DNA of 63,809 nucleotides, counting the filler, from Octopus bimaculoides (lineage: Eukaryota), in NCBI RefSeq assembly GCF_001194135.2. It is 6 parts of 5 records of this genome, joined end to end, with 100 filler letters (N's around TTAATTAATTAA, not from the genome) between each part and the next. Parts side by side here need not be neighbours in the genome. Positions count along the whole stretch, not along the records: positions 22,044 to 39,769 come from NC_069000.1; 5 more parts are not named here. One strand, given 5' to 3'. The position numbers and the translations under genes were made by a program. Under the pieces are notes generated by a model, which saw only the letters and a program-made list of their open reading frames with translations, had not been told where the DNA came from and did not search any database. Shown here in pieces: positions 25,701 through 38,034 of this stretch; the stretch's first letter is position 1; every line of letters begins with the position of its first letter.

Positions 25701-25945
25701 TGGTCAGAGTGATCGCTAATTGGTGGGGTTCCTTGAGTAGTACAAATTGGAGCAGCATCATTCCTGTGTTCATATATTTTGTACACTACGAATACTATTA
25801 TCTAATTTCACCCTCTTTTCCTTTTCTTTCACCTCCTCTTTTACGTAACCATCAACCCCCACAAACTGTAAACTGTCCTTCTAATATCACCTTCATCTGA
25901 TGCCTCCGTGGCAAAAGAAAAATGTCATCATGATCATCACCATGA

Positions 25946-25999
<54 letters not shown>

Positions 26000-26515
26000 T
26001 GTTCTTCAAAGTCAAAGTCAGTTGTAATTGTTTCGAGCAAGTTTCAACTTTTAACCAACACCTTTTGAATTTAAAGGCTATTTATATTTGGCTTTAAGTC
26101 CACTGAGCTTTTACAGGATTTCAATATTTCATCATCAGTCTCCTTCTCCAGTTCTGATAACATGGTTTCCACCAGAGAGGGAGGGAGAGAGGGGGAGAGA
26201 AAGAGAGAGAGTGAGAGGAGGGTAGGATTGCAGAAATGTCATGGTGACATTTGCACTACACGATTCCAAACTGGTTCTGGCTTTTTTCTCTCTTTATGTT
26301 TCTTTTTTTTTCTGTTCGAAATGAAGGCGTTTCAATTCTATACAGAATATGTATAAACAAGACATTTAAGCAGCTTTTTATTTTAATTTTATTCCGTACT
26401 TGTTTCATCTCGGATATATTTCCTTGTTTTTTGTAAGGTAACCAAATTATGTATTACGATCAAACAACCAGTATTTTACTCTGAGGAAAAAAAAAAGAAA
26501 TTAAGAAGGACAGAG

Positions 26516-26582
<67 letters not shown>

Positions 26583-26874
26583 AAGTGAAAGGAGGAGAGA
26601 GAAGAAGAGAGAGAAAGAGATTAATGCATAACTCATAATTCCCTGAATACTTGTAGATTCGGTTTTAATCTGTTTGTCGGTCGCTTTAAATAACTAATTT
26701 GTTTTCGTTATCCGGTATAGAGAGACTCACTGTCGCTGACTCGATAATTTGTCGCAGTTTTTGTACGTGGGTCGTAAGTTTGTTCATCTCTATAGACGCC
26801 ACACAACATCTTCCAAAGTTTTAATTTGAGTTAGGGGGCCATAAGAATTAACAGTCATTAATAGAGAGCTGCAA

Positions 26875-26940
26875 TGGCGGTCCCCACCCTTTTTTGCATC
26901 ATGGACCGGTTTCATGCAAGATAATCCTTCCACGGACCAG
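26875..26940 (+). mobile_element. hAT-Charlie-like terminal fragment (MER1-like)
   Basis: GCGGTCCCCACCCTTTTTTGCATCATGGACCGGTTTCATGCAAGATAATCCTTCCACGGACC resembles Charlie3/MER1 termini from memory; no second TIR seen. Confidence 0.55.
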
Positions 26941-27053
26941 GGAATCAAGTGCATAATAAAGCACAATAAAGTTCATAATGTAATAATTTAATTATTACAT
27001 ATATATTACATACTTTATATATAATATAATATATGATATAATACAATATAATA

Positions 27054-27355
27054 TGTGGAGGTGCAATGGCCCAGTGGTTAGGGCAGAGTATTCGCGGTCG
27101 TAGGATCGGCGGCTTCAATTCCCAGACCGGGCGTTGTGCGTGTTTATTGAGCGAAAACGCCTAAAGCTCCACGAGGGTGTGGTGACGACCCCTGTTTTAC
27201 TATTTCGCCCCAATTTTCTCTCACTCTTTCTTCCTGTTTCTAGAGTAACGCTGCGATGGACTGGCGTCCCATCCAGCCGGGGGAAACACATACGCCACAG
27301 AAACCGGGAAACCGGGCCCATGAGCCTGGTTAGGCTTGAAAAGGGCGCATAAATA
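27054..27355 (+). mobile_element. SINE family C head and body with alternative tail 2
   Basis: Body TTATTGAGCGAAAAC...CTCTTTCTTCCTGTTTCT as in 8972-9068, then an unrelated tail. Confidence 0.8.
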
Positions 27356-27960
27356 AATAACAATATAACATAATATATATATAATTTTAATAGAAATAAA
27401 GTAGCCTCATTAGAGGATAAAAGATATATCAAATGAATTACTGGTTTGNNNNNNNNNNNNNNNNNNNNNNNNNNNNNNNNNNNNNNNNNNNNNNNNNNNN
27501 NNNNNNNNNNNNNNNNNNNNNNNNNNNNNNNNNNNNNNNNNNNNNNNNNNNNNNNNNNNNNNNNNNNNNNNNNNNNNNNNNNNNNNNNNNNNNNNNNNNN
27601 NNNNNNNNNNNNNNNNNNNNNNNNNNNNNNNNNNNNNNNNNNNNNNNNNNNNNNNNNNNNNNNNNNNNNNNNNNNNNNNNNNNNNNNNNNNNNNNNNNNN
27701 NNNNNNNNNNNNNNNNNNNNNNNNNNNNNNNNNNNNNNNNNNNNNNNNNNNNNNNNNNNNNNNNNNNNNNNNNNNNNNNNNNNNNNNNNNNNNNNNNNNN
27801 NNNNNNNNNNNNNNNNNNNNNNNNNNNNNNNNNNNNNNNNNNNNNNNNNNNNNNNNNNNNNNNNNNNNNNNNNNNNNNNNNNNNNNNNNNNNNNNNNNNN
27901 NNNNNNNNNNNNNNNNNNNNNNNNNNNNNNNNNNNNNNNNNNNNNNNNNNNNNNNNNNNN

Positions 27961-28010
27961 CTAGCTGAATAGCCCGTCGTTGCCGGGCAAGTTTTACACT
28001 AGAATGTCTT
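27961..28010 (+). mobile_element. Possible non-autonomous Helitron 5' end
   Basis: CTAGCTGAATAGCCCGTCGTTGCCGGG resembles the ACTAGC...CCCGGC start at 42816. Confidence 0.35.
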
Positions 28011-29011
28011 GTATAAATTTTTGCTTATTTCATGTCAGTCCATGCCTTCTCCGAGTGATAGACCTCTTGAGCAGGTCAGATTTGTGCAATTCTTAGCAAA
28101 AATACTTCGTTGAGGGTTTTTTCGTTTTTTAAAATTATCTGCATGTCTGTTCGACCGTTTCACATGACTTTATTCATTAGAACTTATTAAAATTTCAGAA
28201 GTTCTTACAACTTTGGTCGTCATAATGCTTTGCATTCGTTTGTTTATTAAAAATTCCTCTTCCAAATGATTTTATATTCATTTTGTGATAGATAGCTACC
28301 ATACAGAAAATGACACCTGTACTAATGTTACCATTCCACTACCACTTCATATTTGTCATTTACACAACTTCGTTCTCACCTTCCCTGATATCAGCCATAC
28401 TCACTATACCACCACATTTCACCTCATACCAACACTCTTACACCCTTCTCATTTGATCAAATAACAGCCCAACCGACTAAAATAAATGAAACAGTAGAAA
28501 CAGTAGTAGTAGTAGTAGTAGTAGTAGTAACAACCATGGCCTCCCTTTCTGAAACCTGCTCTTACTGCTGTTATTGCTATTGCCACTTTTTGCTGCAGTC
28601 TGTTTTCTTCTTGCTTTTCTCTTATTGTGGGCAAAAGATCCTCAGGTAGCTTCAGCTACCGTATATGTAGTAACTACGCCTTCTGTCCTATACAGACAAT
28701 CTGATTCACCTACTCTCCGACCCCTCACTGGTGTCCAGCTCCAGAAATGCCTTGTGATCTTTATGACCAACTCGGTCACGTGTTACACTCTACTGACCAA
28801 CTCGGTCACATCTTACAATGACTCAACATCCATTGTTATTTTCACTCCTCACCCTCCTGTTTCTCTAACCTTTCATTGCAGCACTAGTCGGTGACGAGCT
28901 CAATCTCTACTGCTCTACTAATTTGGCTCTTGGTCTTAAAAATCAAGCACACCCTTCCTATATAATCTGCCTCGGTTAATGAAGTGCCCATGCTGCCACG
29001 CATCAACTTCT

Positions 29012-30762
29012 CTAACTCCTCTTTGAAGGGCATACATAATTTGCCATAGAACATTTTCTTTAAAAAAGACAAGAAAAACATAACTACATTATATTGATTC
29101 TCTTTCTTTCCTGGTTAAATTCTTCGGGCAAGCAGGCACTCACTTGTGTGACATATCTCTTTCATATTTCATATTTTGTCTTGCAAAGCTAGCAATGAAC
29201 GCGCTGCTGATATTTTTGTGGATGTCTTTGTTATTGTCGTACAAATTTGCACTTTTGTTCGTCAAACTAAGACCGCCTGTGCTTACATTTTTGTCTGTTT
29301 CATTGTTTTTCAAAATCTTTTGGGGGCACACTGAAAGTTATTGATCACACCGTATCTCATCAACCCAGAGGTGGAGACATTGAACAATGAGCAAAGTAAA
29401 GAGATGCTTTAAAAATAATGTATATCTGATAATGAAAATATAAAAAAAAAAAGAAACGTAACAACGAGTTCTCTTGCTCCGTCCTAAAGCACTGGACTGG
29501 ACGTTTAAATGTTCCAAAACCCATCACAGATAAAATTCTGAACAACAAAAAAATAATAATAAATAAATAAATGCATATAACCCCCCACCACGTCTTTCAT
29601 TAGACAATCCCGGTAGCAAACATTTTCCAAGTGTATCGCTGTGAAAACGTCTGCGTCCACGACAATAAGAACAACAACAATATTTAATTCAGTAACAGTG
29701 CTAATAAGGTTGCTCATTCGGATGGAAAGACGCAATCGTTGAATACATTCACGCTTTAGCAATCAATTTCCTCGTGCTTCACGGACTTTGAATCAATCGA
29801 TGGCCAGACATACGTACCTTGAGAAGATATACAAGTCGCAGCTATTTTCTTTTAACCTACAATTATTTAGAAGAGGTAACCGACTCAAATCACTGCTTCC
29901 ATCAATCATAATAGAGGCTTAAATGCGATTTTTTCGTAGCATTCTCGATTCAAATTCAATTCTCTTGCGGATCCACTTTTCAGTTAATAAATGTTCCTCG
30001 CTGAATTGGCAATAAATAAATGAAAATATTTGTATTTTGTCTGTCAGTTAACCAGAAAGCTATTTTCTATTATACACAAACTGCGGTTTGAAATTGACAG
30101 TGAAAAAAAAAGGGAAAAAGACAAACAGCAACAATCATAACGACGAAAAGGCCAAAGCAAAACAATCTTCTTCGTAGAGGAACTCTCAGAATATATCTAC
30201 AGTTTTACCACACTTTTCCTGTCTTGAGAATCATAGGAAATGCACCACACACACAAACACACACATACACACACATACACACACAACACAAATATACACA
30301 CACACTCATACACAATCGCACACATAAGCACACACATGCACACACACACACACACGCACACACACAAACACGTACACACACACTCATGCACAAACACACA
30401 CATAAACACACACACATGTACACACACGCACACACACACACACATAAACACACACACACATGCACACATGCACACAAACACATACACAAACACACACACA
30501 TACTCATACACATAAACACACACATAAACACACACACATGCATACACACGCACACACACACAAACATACACATAAACACACACACGCATATATACAGACA
30601 TACACACACACACACATTACCTTTCGAATCCGTGAATTGATTTTCCTCACTGGACGAATACTTAAACCATGAACACGAAATTCAATGTCGTACAAAGGAA
30701 GAAAGCCGATGGTGTGAGTTTGATGAAGGAGGATCACAACTTACCAGGAAGTGAGCCATGAC
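29012..30762 (-). CDS. Candidate micro-exon-rich gene, hypothetical ~128-aa protein (exons 30745-30762, 30621-30660, 30209-30218, 29818-29856, 29589-29638, 29144-29330, 29012-29057)
   Basis: All exons have canonical AG/GT boundaries (e.g. tcacag|..|gtaagt, ttgtag|..AAG|gtacgt, ctttcag|..|gtgagt) and splice in phase into one ORF, MAHFLYSSSEENQFTDSKGKVWLKENSCDLYIFSSDTLGKCLLPGLSNERRVCPQKILKNNET...SHKKCSMANYVCPSKRS*. No homology recognised; manual prediction only. Confidence 0.4.
30240..30617. repeat. Degenerate (CA)n microsatellite
   Basis: Direct inspection. Confidence 0.95.
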
Positions 30763-30919
30763 CTGTGATTTTAAGACCTTCCTCTGCGGCACATGAAGCA
30801 TGGGGCAGGCAGGAGCTGGAGATGAAACTGCAATGAACTGTACAAGATTCTAAATTATGGTTGACTCGTGTCCTCATGGTTAGCTTGAAATACTAAAGAG
30901 TAAATTTATTCAATAAAAT

Positions 30920-31145
30920 TACATTGGCTTCGACCACAGCCCCCAGAATGTGGCATGTTGCAGAGTCCTTAACCCAAGGCAGCTCTACCTCCTCCAGGAA
31001 ATTGATGTAGGCCTTTGTGTTGGAGTCTGAGACCGTGTGGGAAGATGAATGGAAGCATAACGTCGCCATCAATACTGATCACTCCAGACACCATGATGTT
31101 GATTGGATGTTTGATTTTTATCATCCTCGGTACATGCGTTGTCTT
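30920..31145 (-). mobile_element. Tc1/mariner transposase remnant (catalytic domain, internally deleted)
   Basis: HVPRMIKIKHPINIMVSGVISIDGDVMLPFIFPHGLRL, then EEVELPWVK/DSATCH. Confidence 0.7.
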
Positions 31146-31149
31146 TAGA

Positions 31150-31715
31150 TTGATACCCAAACCACGTCGATGAGATTACACCTTGCTAACCACTCAATGC
31201 TTCGGCATAGCCCCAACAACGCTCCATATTTCCTTCTTTTCTTATTTGCCACCTTAGTGAAGCCTTCCCAGGTAACGGTGAGTTCCAATAGAACCATCTG
31301 GTTGGATGCATCTGAGATCAGTACCATGTTTGTCTTTAGTGACGTTGGGGGACGACAGTTTCCCAGGCCGACTTTCAGTTCATATTCTTTTGCTTCTGCA
31401 AATTGGTCAGGCGGCAGTGGGAATGAGATGCGACTGATAGCCAGCGTATCCTTCAGCTATGACAAAGCTGATAATCTTCGTTGCACGGAGGTGCTTGCAA
31501 TGGCTAATCTCACTCCGGATGATCTCCCCCTATGACATTCAATCATGTCTCAAATAGTATTATCCCCAGGTAGGGCTTTTGGACAGCTGTTGAGAATGCG
31601 CTCCACAATTCCTGTCATCGGGAGCAGGGGCAAGATTGTGACTTTGACATTCCTTAGCAGAACAAGTTGTTTGGGCTAGGTAGGACATCGTAAACTGGCT
31701 GATTAGGAACTTTAT
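31150..31715 (-). mobile_element. HERO-like (R2 group, restriction-like endonuclease) non-LTR retrotransposon C-terminus
   Basis: YDVLPSPNNL, a degenerate CCHC (CP..ILNSCPKAL) and MVLISDASNQMVLLELTVTWE...KY RLE motif. Confidence 0.75.
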
Positions 31716-31821
31716 CCGGTGGTGGATTCATTCTTCACATACATATACATAATATATATAAAGACATATATATATGTATGTATCTATAATACTTATCATA
31801 TATATTTATAGATGTGTGTAT

Positions 31822-31855
<34 letters not shown>

Positions 31856-31874
31856 TATATTATATATATAGGTA

Positions 31875-31905
<31 letters not shown>

Positions 31906-32165
31906 NNNNNNNNNNNNNNNNNNNNNNNNNNNNNNNNNNNNNNNNNNNNNNNNNNNNNNNNNNNNNNNNNNNNNNNNNNNNNNNNNNNNNNNNNNNNNNN
32001 NNNNNNNNNNNNNNNNNNNNNNNNNNNNNNNNNNNNNNNNNNNNNNNNNNNNNNNNNNNNNNNNNNNNNNNNNNNNNNNNNNNNNNNNNNNNNNNNNNNN
32101 NNNNNNNNNNNNNNNNNNNNNNNNNNNNNNATATATATATATATATATATGCGTGTGCGTGTGTG

Positions 32166-32204
<39 letters not shown>

Positions 32205-32816
32205 ACACACATATATATATATATAGAGAGAGAGATTTGTATGTATACTTATATGTTTATATTTATATATATATTTTATATTGTAGAACGGGCGGCATGT
32301 TTAATTACCTTTGATATTTCGAAAATTCTATAATATTGAAGACATTGTTGATTATTTAAAAATAGCCAGTTAATTTTTTAAAAATTTTATTATTTTATCT
32401 TGTTTTTATCTGAGTACGTACAAAAGGTTATACTGGCTCTGTATATTTGTAAACATTTACACGAGCAAAACTGATATTGAATATTTTTTGTACAGCAGCC
32501 ATATTGTAAATGCCCTCGAAAAAGAAACTGAAGCGCTTGTTTTATTTTTTCATAAAGATAATCAATTTGACTCTCATGCTAGGAAATATTTATGGAGCAG
32601 GCAAGGGTAGTGATGTTATATAAATGTTTGTAAACATATATTAGATAGAAATAAAGTTTCGGAGTTCAGTAGATATGAATACAGACTCTTGTTAAATGTC
32701 ATAACAATTACACTGTCTTAAATCATCTCATGTTTACTAATTCGTATTGAGCATAACATATACTCCTATGCACATGTGCACGCGCGCGCACACACATACA
32801 CACACACGCAGCTGAT

Positions 32817-32862
<46 letters not shown>

Positions 32863-33321
32863 CACGCTGGATATTTCATAATTTTTAGTTCTATACATAA
32901 AATGTTTTATTTGCCTATTATAGTAACAGACAAAAGATTGTTGTTAATATTTATTTATACCAACCCTGTTTGTATATGCGCCTATATGTCTGTCTNNNNN
33001 NNNNNNNNNNNNNNNNNNNNNNNNNNNNNNNNNNNNNNNNNNNNNNNNNNNNNNNNNNNNNNNNNNNNNNNNNNNNNNNNNNNNNNNNNNNNNNNNNNNN
33101 NNNNNNNNNNNNNNNNNNNNNNNNNNNNNNNNNNNNNNNNNNNNNNNNNNNNNNNNNNNNNNNNNNNNNNNNNNNNNNNNNNNNNNNNNNNNNNNNNNNN
33201 NNNNNNNNNNNNNNNNNNNNNNNNNNNNNNNNNNNNNNNNNNNNNNNNNNNNNNNNNNNNNNNNNNNNNNNNNNNNNNNNNNNNNNNNNNNNNNNNNNNN
33301 NNNNNNNNNNNNNNNNNNNNN

Positions 33322-33368
<47 letters not shown>

Positions 33369-33839
33369 GTATATATATACGTTTATATATTCGTTTTGCA
33401 AGATTCTTGATCTGAAATCATGTGTTGAAACAGATATTGTTGTATTTGGGGATGGTCATGTTGCCAGTTTAGCCAATAAAAACACACGCACTATATATTT
33501 GGTGTTAATTTGCTTCAGCTTTAATTTACATTAATCGTATTTCGGCCAGAGTTCTTTTGTCACACTTCTGTGACCTCATCAGTGGTCCTTCGCTTTCTTC
33601 TTTCTTATTGGCTGATCGTTAGTAAGGAAAGACGCACAATTTTGTATATCTAACCCAAGCAGTTATTTATTTGCATCATTATCTCTCTGTATCTATGTTT
33701 GTGTGTCTTTGTGTTTATCTCTTACCATCGCCCCAAGATCACTTCAGTTCAATGACTGAAACAAGCAAAGATAAAAGGTAATAAGCAATGCGCAATCTCC
33801 TTGATTCATTGAAAATTGACTTACAGGAATGAGTTTTGA

Positions 33840-35365
33840 TATTAATCTTTTCTGCTATAAAGCCAACAATTTCGGGGGAAGCAGGTAAGTCGATTAGGAT
33901 TAGGAAAATGCCAGTGTTTAACTGGTACGTATTTTATCCACCCTGAAAGGTAAAGTCGACCTCGGCGAAATTTGAACTCAGAACGTACAGACGGACGAAA
34001 TGCCGCTAAGTATTTTGCCCGGCGTGCTAACGATTCTGCCAGCTCGAAGCTTTGAGTTGTCATATTAATAATAGAATTAATATTTACCAGCATAATGAAG
34101 ATGTTTTCGCGTAAAACGTTTTAGAAGAGCGCTCGGTAAACATGAACATAAATTATTCATGTTTATGACCATGATATACTGGAATATAAAGATGAATTAT
34201 TAATAAGCTGATAAGCTGCCGGAATATTCATTTCACTTTTGGAGAGCATATTTTAGAGTGTGTATATTTCTAACTATGTTACATCGCTATCTCCGTGTAT
34301 TCTGATCCCCATGAAGTTTCTACTTCGTTGTTATGATCGTAATCTCAAACTAGATCCTGACTACAAACTAAACTAAGTGTAACGATCTTTTCTATTGTAG
34401 GCACAAGGTCTGAAATTTGGGGTAAGAGAGCAAGTTGATTACATCAACCTCCCCATCTTCCATACGCTGCTAGTACTTATTCATCGAACCCGAAAGGATG
34501 AAAGGCAAAGTTGACCACCGACTCAGAACTTAAAGACGGACGAAATACTGCTGGGCATTTTGTCCAGTATGCTAACGATTCTGCCAGCGCGTCGCCTTTA
34601 AACTAGAAATAGTAATGGTTTCAAATTAACACCCACTTCGAAAATTGCTGGCATAAGGCCAACAATTTTAGTGGAGAGTGTTAATCGATTATATCAACGC
34701 TAGTACTTCACTTTCGGCGTTGATATAAAAAATATATTGATTTCAAATTTTTGGCACAAGGGCAGCACTTTTGAGGAAGGTTACAAGTAGATTAATCGCC
34801 CCCGGTGTTCAATTGGTACTTATTTTATTGACCTCCGAGTATAAAAAGCAACGTGGACCTCGGGGAAATTTGAACTCAGAACGTAGAGACAGACAAAATG
34901 CCGCTAAGCAGTTTGCCCGGTGTGCTAACGATTCTTTCTACTATAGGCACAAGGCCTGAAATTTGGGAGGGGAGATATTCGATTACATCGACCCTAGTAC
35001 TCAACTGGTGCTTAATTTATCGACCCCGAAAGGATGAAAGGCAAAGTGGACCTCGGTGGAATTTGAACTCAGAACGTAGCAACGGCGAAATACCGCTAAG
35101 CATTTCATCCAGCGCGCTAACGATTCTGCCAGAGCGCCGCCATAGATAAAATAAATATTCTTTTCTACTCTAGGCACAAGGCCCGAAATATTTCAGGAGG
35201 AGGCCAGTCGATTAGTTCGGCTCCAGTACGCAACTGGTACTTACTTTATCGACCCCGAAAGGATGAAAGGCAAAATCGACCTCGGCGGAATTTGAACTCA
35301 GAACATAGAGACATGCATTTCGCCCGGCGTGCAAACGTTTCTGCCAGCTCGCCGCCTTAGATAAA
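33840..35365 (-). mobile_element. Tandem cluster of about 5-6 SINE B copies in the same orientation
   Basis: Repeated ACTGGTACTTA(T/A)TTTATCGACCCCGAAAGGATGAAAGGCAAAG..ATTTGAACTCAGAAC blocks at about 33930, 34480, 34820, 35000 and 35240. Confidence 0.9.
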
Positions 35366-35479
35366 ATAAATATTGTTTGATCACTGCGCTCGATGTCATC
35401 AATTTGTCCCTCTCCCTAAAACTGCTGGCATTGTACGAAAATTTGAAGCCATTTATTTTTATAACTGACACTCCATCAG

Positions 35480-35750
35480 TTAAGACGACGAGGGTTCCAG
35501 TTGATCCGATCAACGGAACAGCCTGCTCGTTAAATTAACGTGCAAGTGGCTGAGCTCTCCACAGGCACGTTTACCCTTAAACTGACCCTTTCAAATACAG
35601 ATACTACTCATTTTTGCTAGCTGAGTGGGCTGGGGCAACGTAAAATAAAGTGTCTTGCTCAAGGGCACAACGCGTCGCCGGGAATTGAACTCACGACTTT
35701 ACGATTGTAAGGCAACAATGCCCTAACCACTAAGCCACCCGTCTTCACAT
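35480..35750 (-). mobile_element. SINE with D-core and partly deleted tail 1
   Basis: Colinear with 19575-19834; tRNA-like head at 35670-35745. Confidence 0.8.
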
Positions 35751-36454
35751 TTGAAACCTTTATATGCAGTTTATTTGTGGTGTAAGTTAGCTTTTCCCTT
35801 TCTGATTTTAATTCTTGTTGCTCTTGGATAGTGTTCATAATCAGTCCCCTGGTTTTATACCATCACCTAGTCAATGGCTGTCTTTAGTGAAATTCATTCT
35901 CTTCTAAGTATATGGATCAGGCCTCTTGTTTGTGGAAAGCTTATTATCTCGATGTATTTCTTCCTATTACAGCAACCCGTAAGTTTGTCGACTGTTGCAT
36001 CCTTTCTCTCCCACACCTATCGGTTTCAGAAGCTATGCAAAACGTCTTGGATGCTTTTCCTTCTCTTTAAACCAAGCCGTTGTTAACGGAATATCAGGTT
36101 ATAAAATCTTATTAAAATATTCCATTAACCTTAATAGCAAAAGGCCATGAATAACCGAAAGATCATCAACTAAGCAGGAAGCAAATACCCATAATTATAC
36201 ATTTGCCACGTCAGCTATAATTCGATTTATGAATTTAATGTAATGTAAATGTGGTTGCTTGGTCAGCTGTGTATACACGGTTCAAATCTCAATAACCGGT
36301 CTCTTCCTTTTGACTGTTTCAAATTTGGTGTTTACAAGTCTAGTGCCTGTGTTTAGCTTGACGAACTGGTTGGAAGTGGAACTGTTACAGAAAATAATGA
36401 ACAGAGAATTGTGACAGGACATGGCTGTCTACGTCCTACATTCTGAACATTTGT

Positions 36455-37215
36455 TTGTTGGCACTCCGTCGCTTACGACGTCGAGGGTTCCAGTTGATCC
36501 GATCAACGGAACAGCCTGCTCGTGAAATTAACGTGCAAGTGGCTGAGCACTCCACAGACACGTGTACCCTTAACGTAGTTCTCGGGGAGATTCAGCGTGA
36601 CAGAGTGTGACAAGGCTGACCCTTTGAATTACATGCACAACAGAAACAGGAAGAAAGAGTGAGAGAAAGTTGTGGTGAAAGAGTACAGCAGGGTTCGCCA
36701 CCATCCCCTGCTGGAGCCACGTGGAGCTCTCTAGGTGTTTTCGCTGAATAAACACTNNNNNNNNNNNNNNNNNNNNNNNNNNNNNNNNNNNNNNNNNNNN
36801 NNNNNNNNNNNNNNNNNNNNNNNNNNNNNNNNNNNNNNNNNNNNNNNNNNNNNNNNNNNNNNNNNNNNNNNNNNNNNNNNNNNNNNNNNNNNGAAAGGAT
36901 AACACGCAATGTCGACCTAGGCGGGATTTGAACTTAGAACGCAAAGACCCAGAAGAAATTCCGCTAATCATTTTGTCTAGCGTGCTAACGATTCTGCCAA
37001 GTCATTGCTAATGGGAGAAAAAACTCAAGGTCTGAAATACTTCAGGAAGCATTTGGTCGATTACAATGACCCTCAGTGCTTGACTGGTACTTAATTTATC
37101 GATCCCGAAAAGACGAAGTCGGCCTCGGTGGCATTTGAACTTAGAACGTAAAGACGGACGAAATGCCGCTAAGCATTTTGTCCGGCGTGCTAACGATTCG
37201 GCCAGCTTGCCGACG
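36455..37215 (-). mobile_element. SINE C with tail 1 (36455-36757) plus two SINE B copies (36893-37010, 37020-37215)
   Basis: Internal similarity to 8972-9257 and to the SINE B consensus. Confidence 0.85.
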
Positions 37216-38034
37216 TAGCGGAGAAATAATAATCAAAACTTCTAGTTGTCTTGCTGACAAATGTTCGTGAACGCGGCAATGGCTGAATGTTTACGAAGTT
37301 CGTTATCTAGTCACAGTCCTCCGAGTTCGATCCCATACAGTGGTATCTTGCCTCTTATTTATTATTTGAGGGGGGGTGCAAGGGGGTTTTGTTGCCTTGG
37401 ACTTCGATTAACCCGAGTCTTATGAGTGAAGCTGACTTGACAGAACGGAGTTCAAGTCCATCGGATGGATTGTACCTGAAATCAAAAAGGCTCCAAGTTT
37501 GTCACACACATGGTGCCACGCTTATTTCACCAGGGAATTAAGGTTAAGCAACTCATGCCTATAAGATAGATGTTCAACAATTCACACACAAATTGAATAA
37601 ATAAGCAATTCAGTTGCTCAGACAACTAAATGTTCATCGTCGAAACTGACGAAGATCCGTTTGCTTAACAATTTCCCAACTACAATAAGATAGTTTTAAA
37701 CCCATTTTAATGAATTTTCAGAAAATATTTAATCTTAATGCTTTTAATTCAGTACATTGAATTGCCATGAAACAAATCCGTTCGTATTTATAAAACTATT
37801 TTCCTCCATAAATCTATTATCTCATTCGGTTGGCTTTTTGTATTAATTAAATCAATATGCAGTTCTGGAGTTTGATTAGTTTAGTAAATGACTTGATCTG
37901 AGAACGTTGACTGGAACTGAAACTACTGTGTCGTAGAAGAATCATGGTAGTCATTTAAGACGCATAAACACATACAGCACGGTGACGAGATCGAATTCAC
38001 CAGATTGCTCAGATACTGGATTTCTTAGATGTCT

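Noticed and set aside
28884-29081. 65-aa ORF MFFLSFLKKMFYGKLC... as a standalone gene
   Set aside because: It begins in a polypyrimidine acceptor tract and is better explained as an alternative frame of the candidate terminal exon and UTR.
4711-33534. ORFs rich in Y/I/C/V/H/T/M (e.g. 4711-5182, 13548-14025, 20730-21416, 30197-30640)
   Set aside because: Translations of (TA)n, (CA)n and (TATG)n microsatellites.
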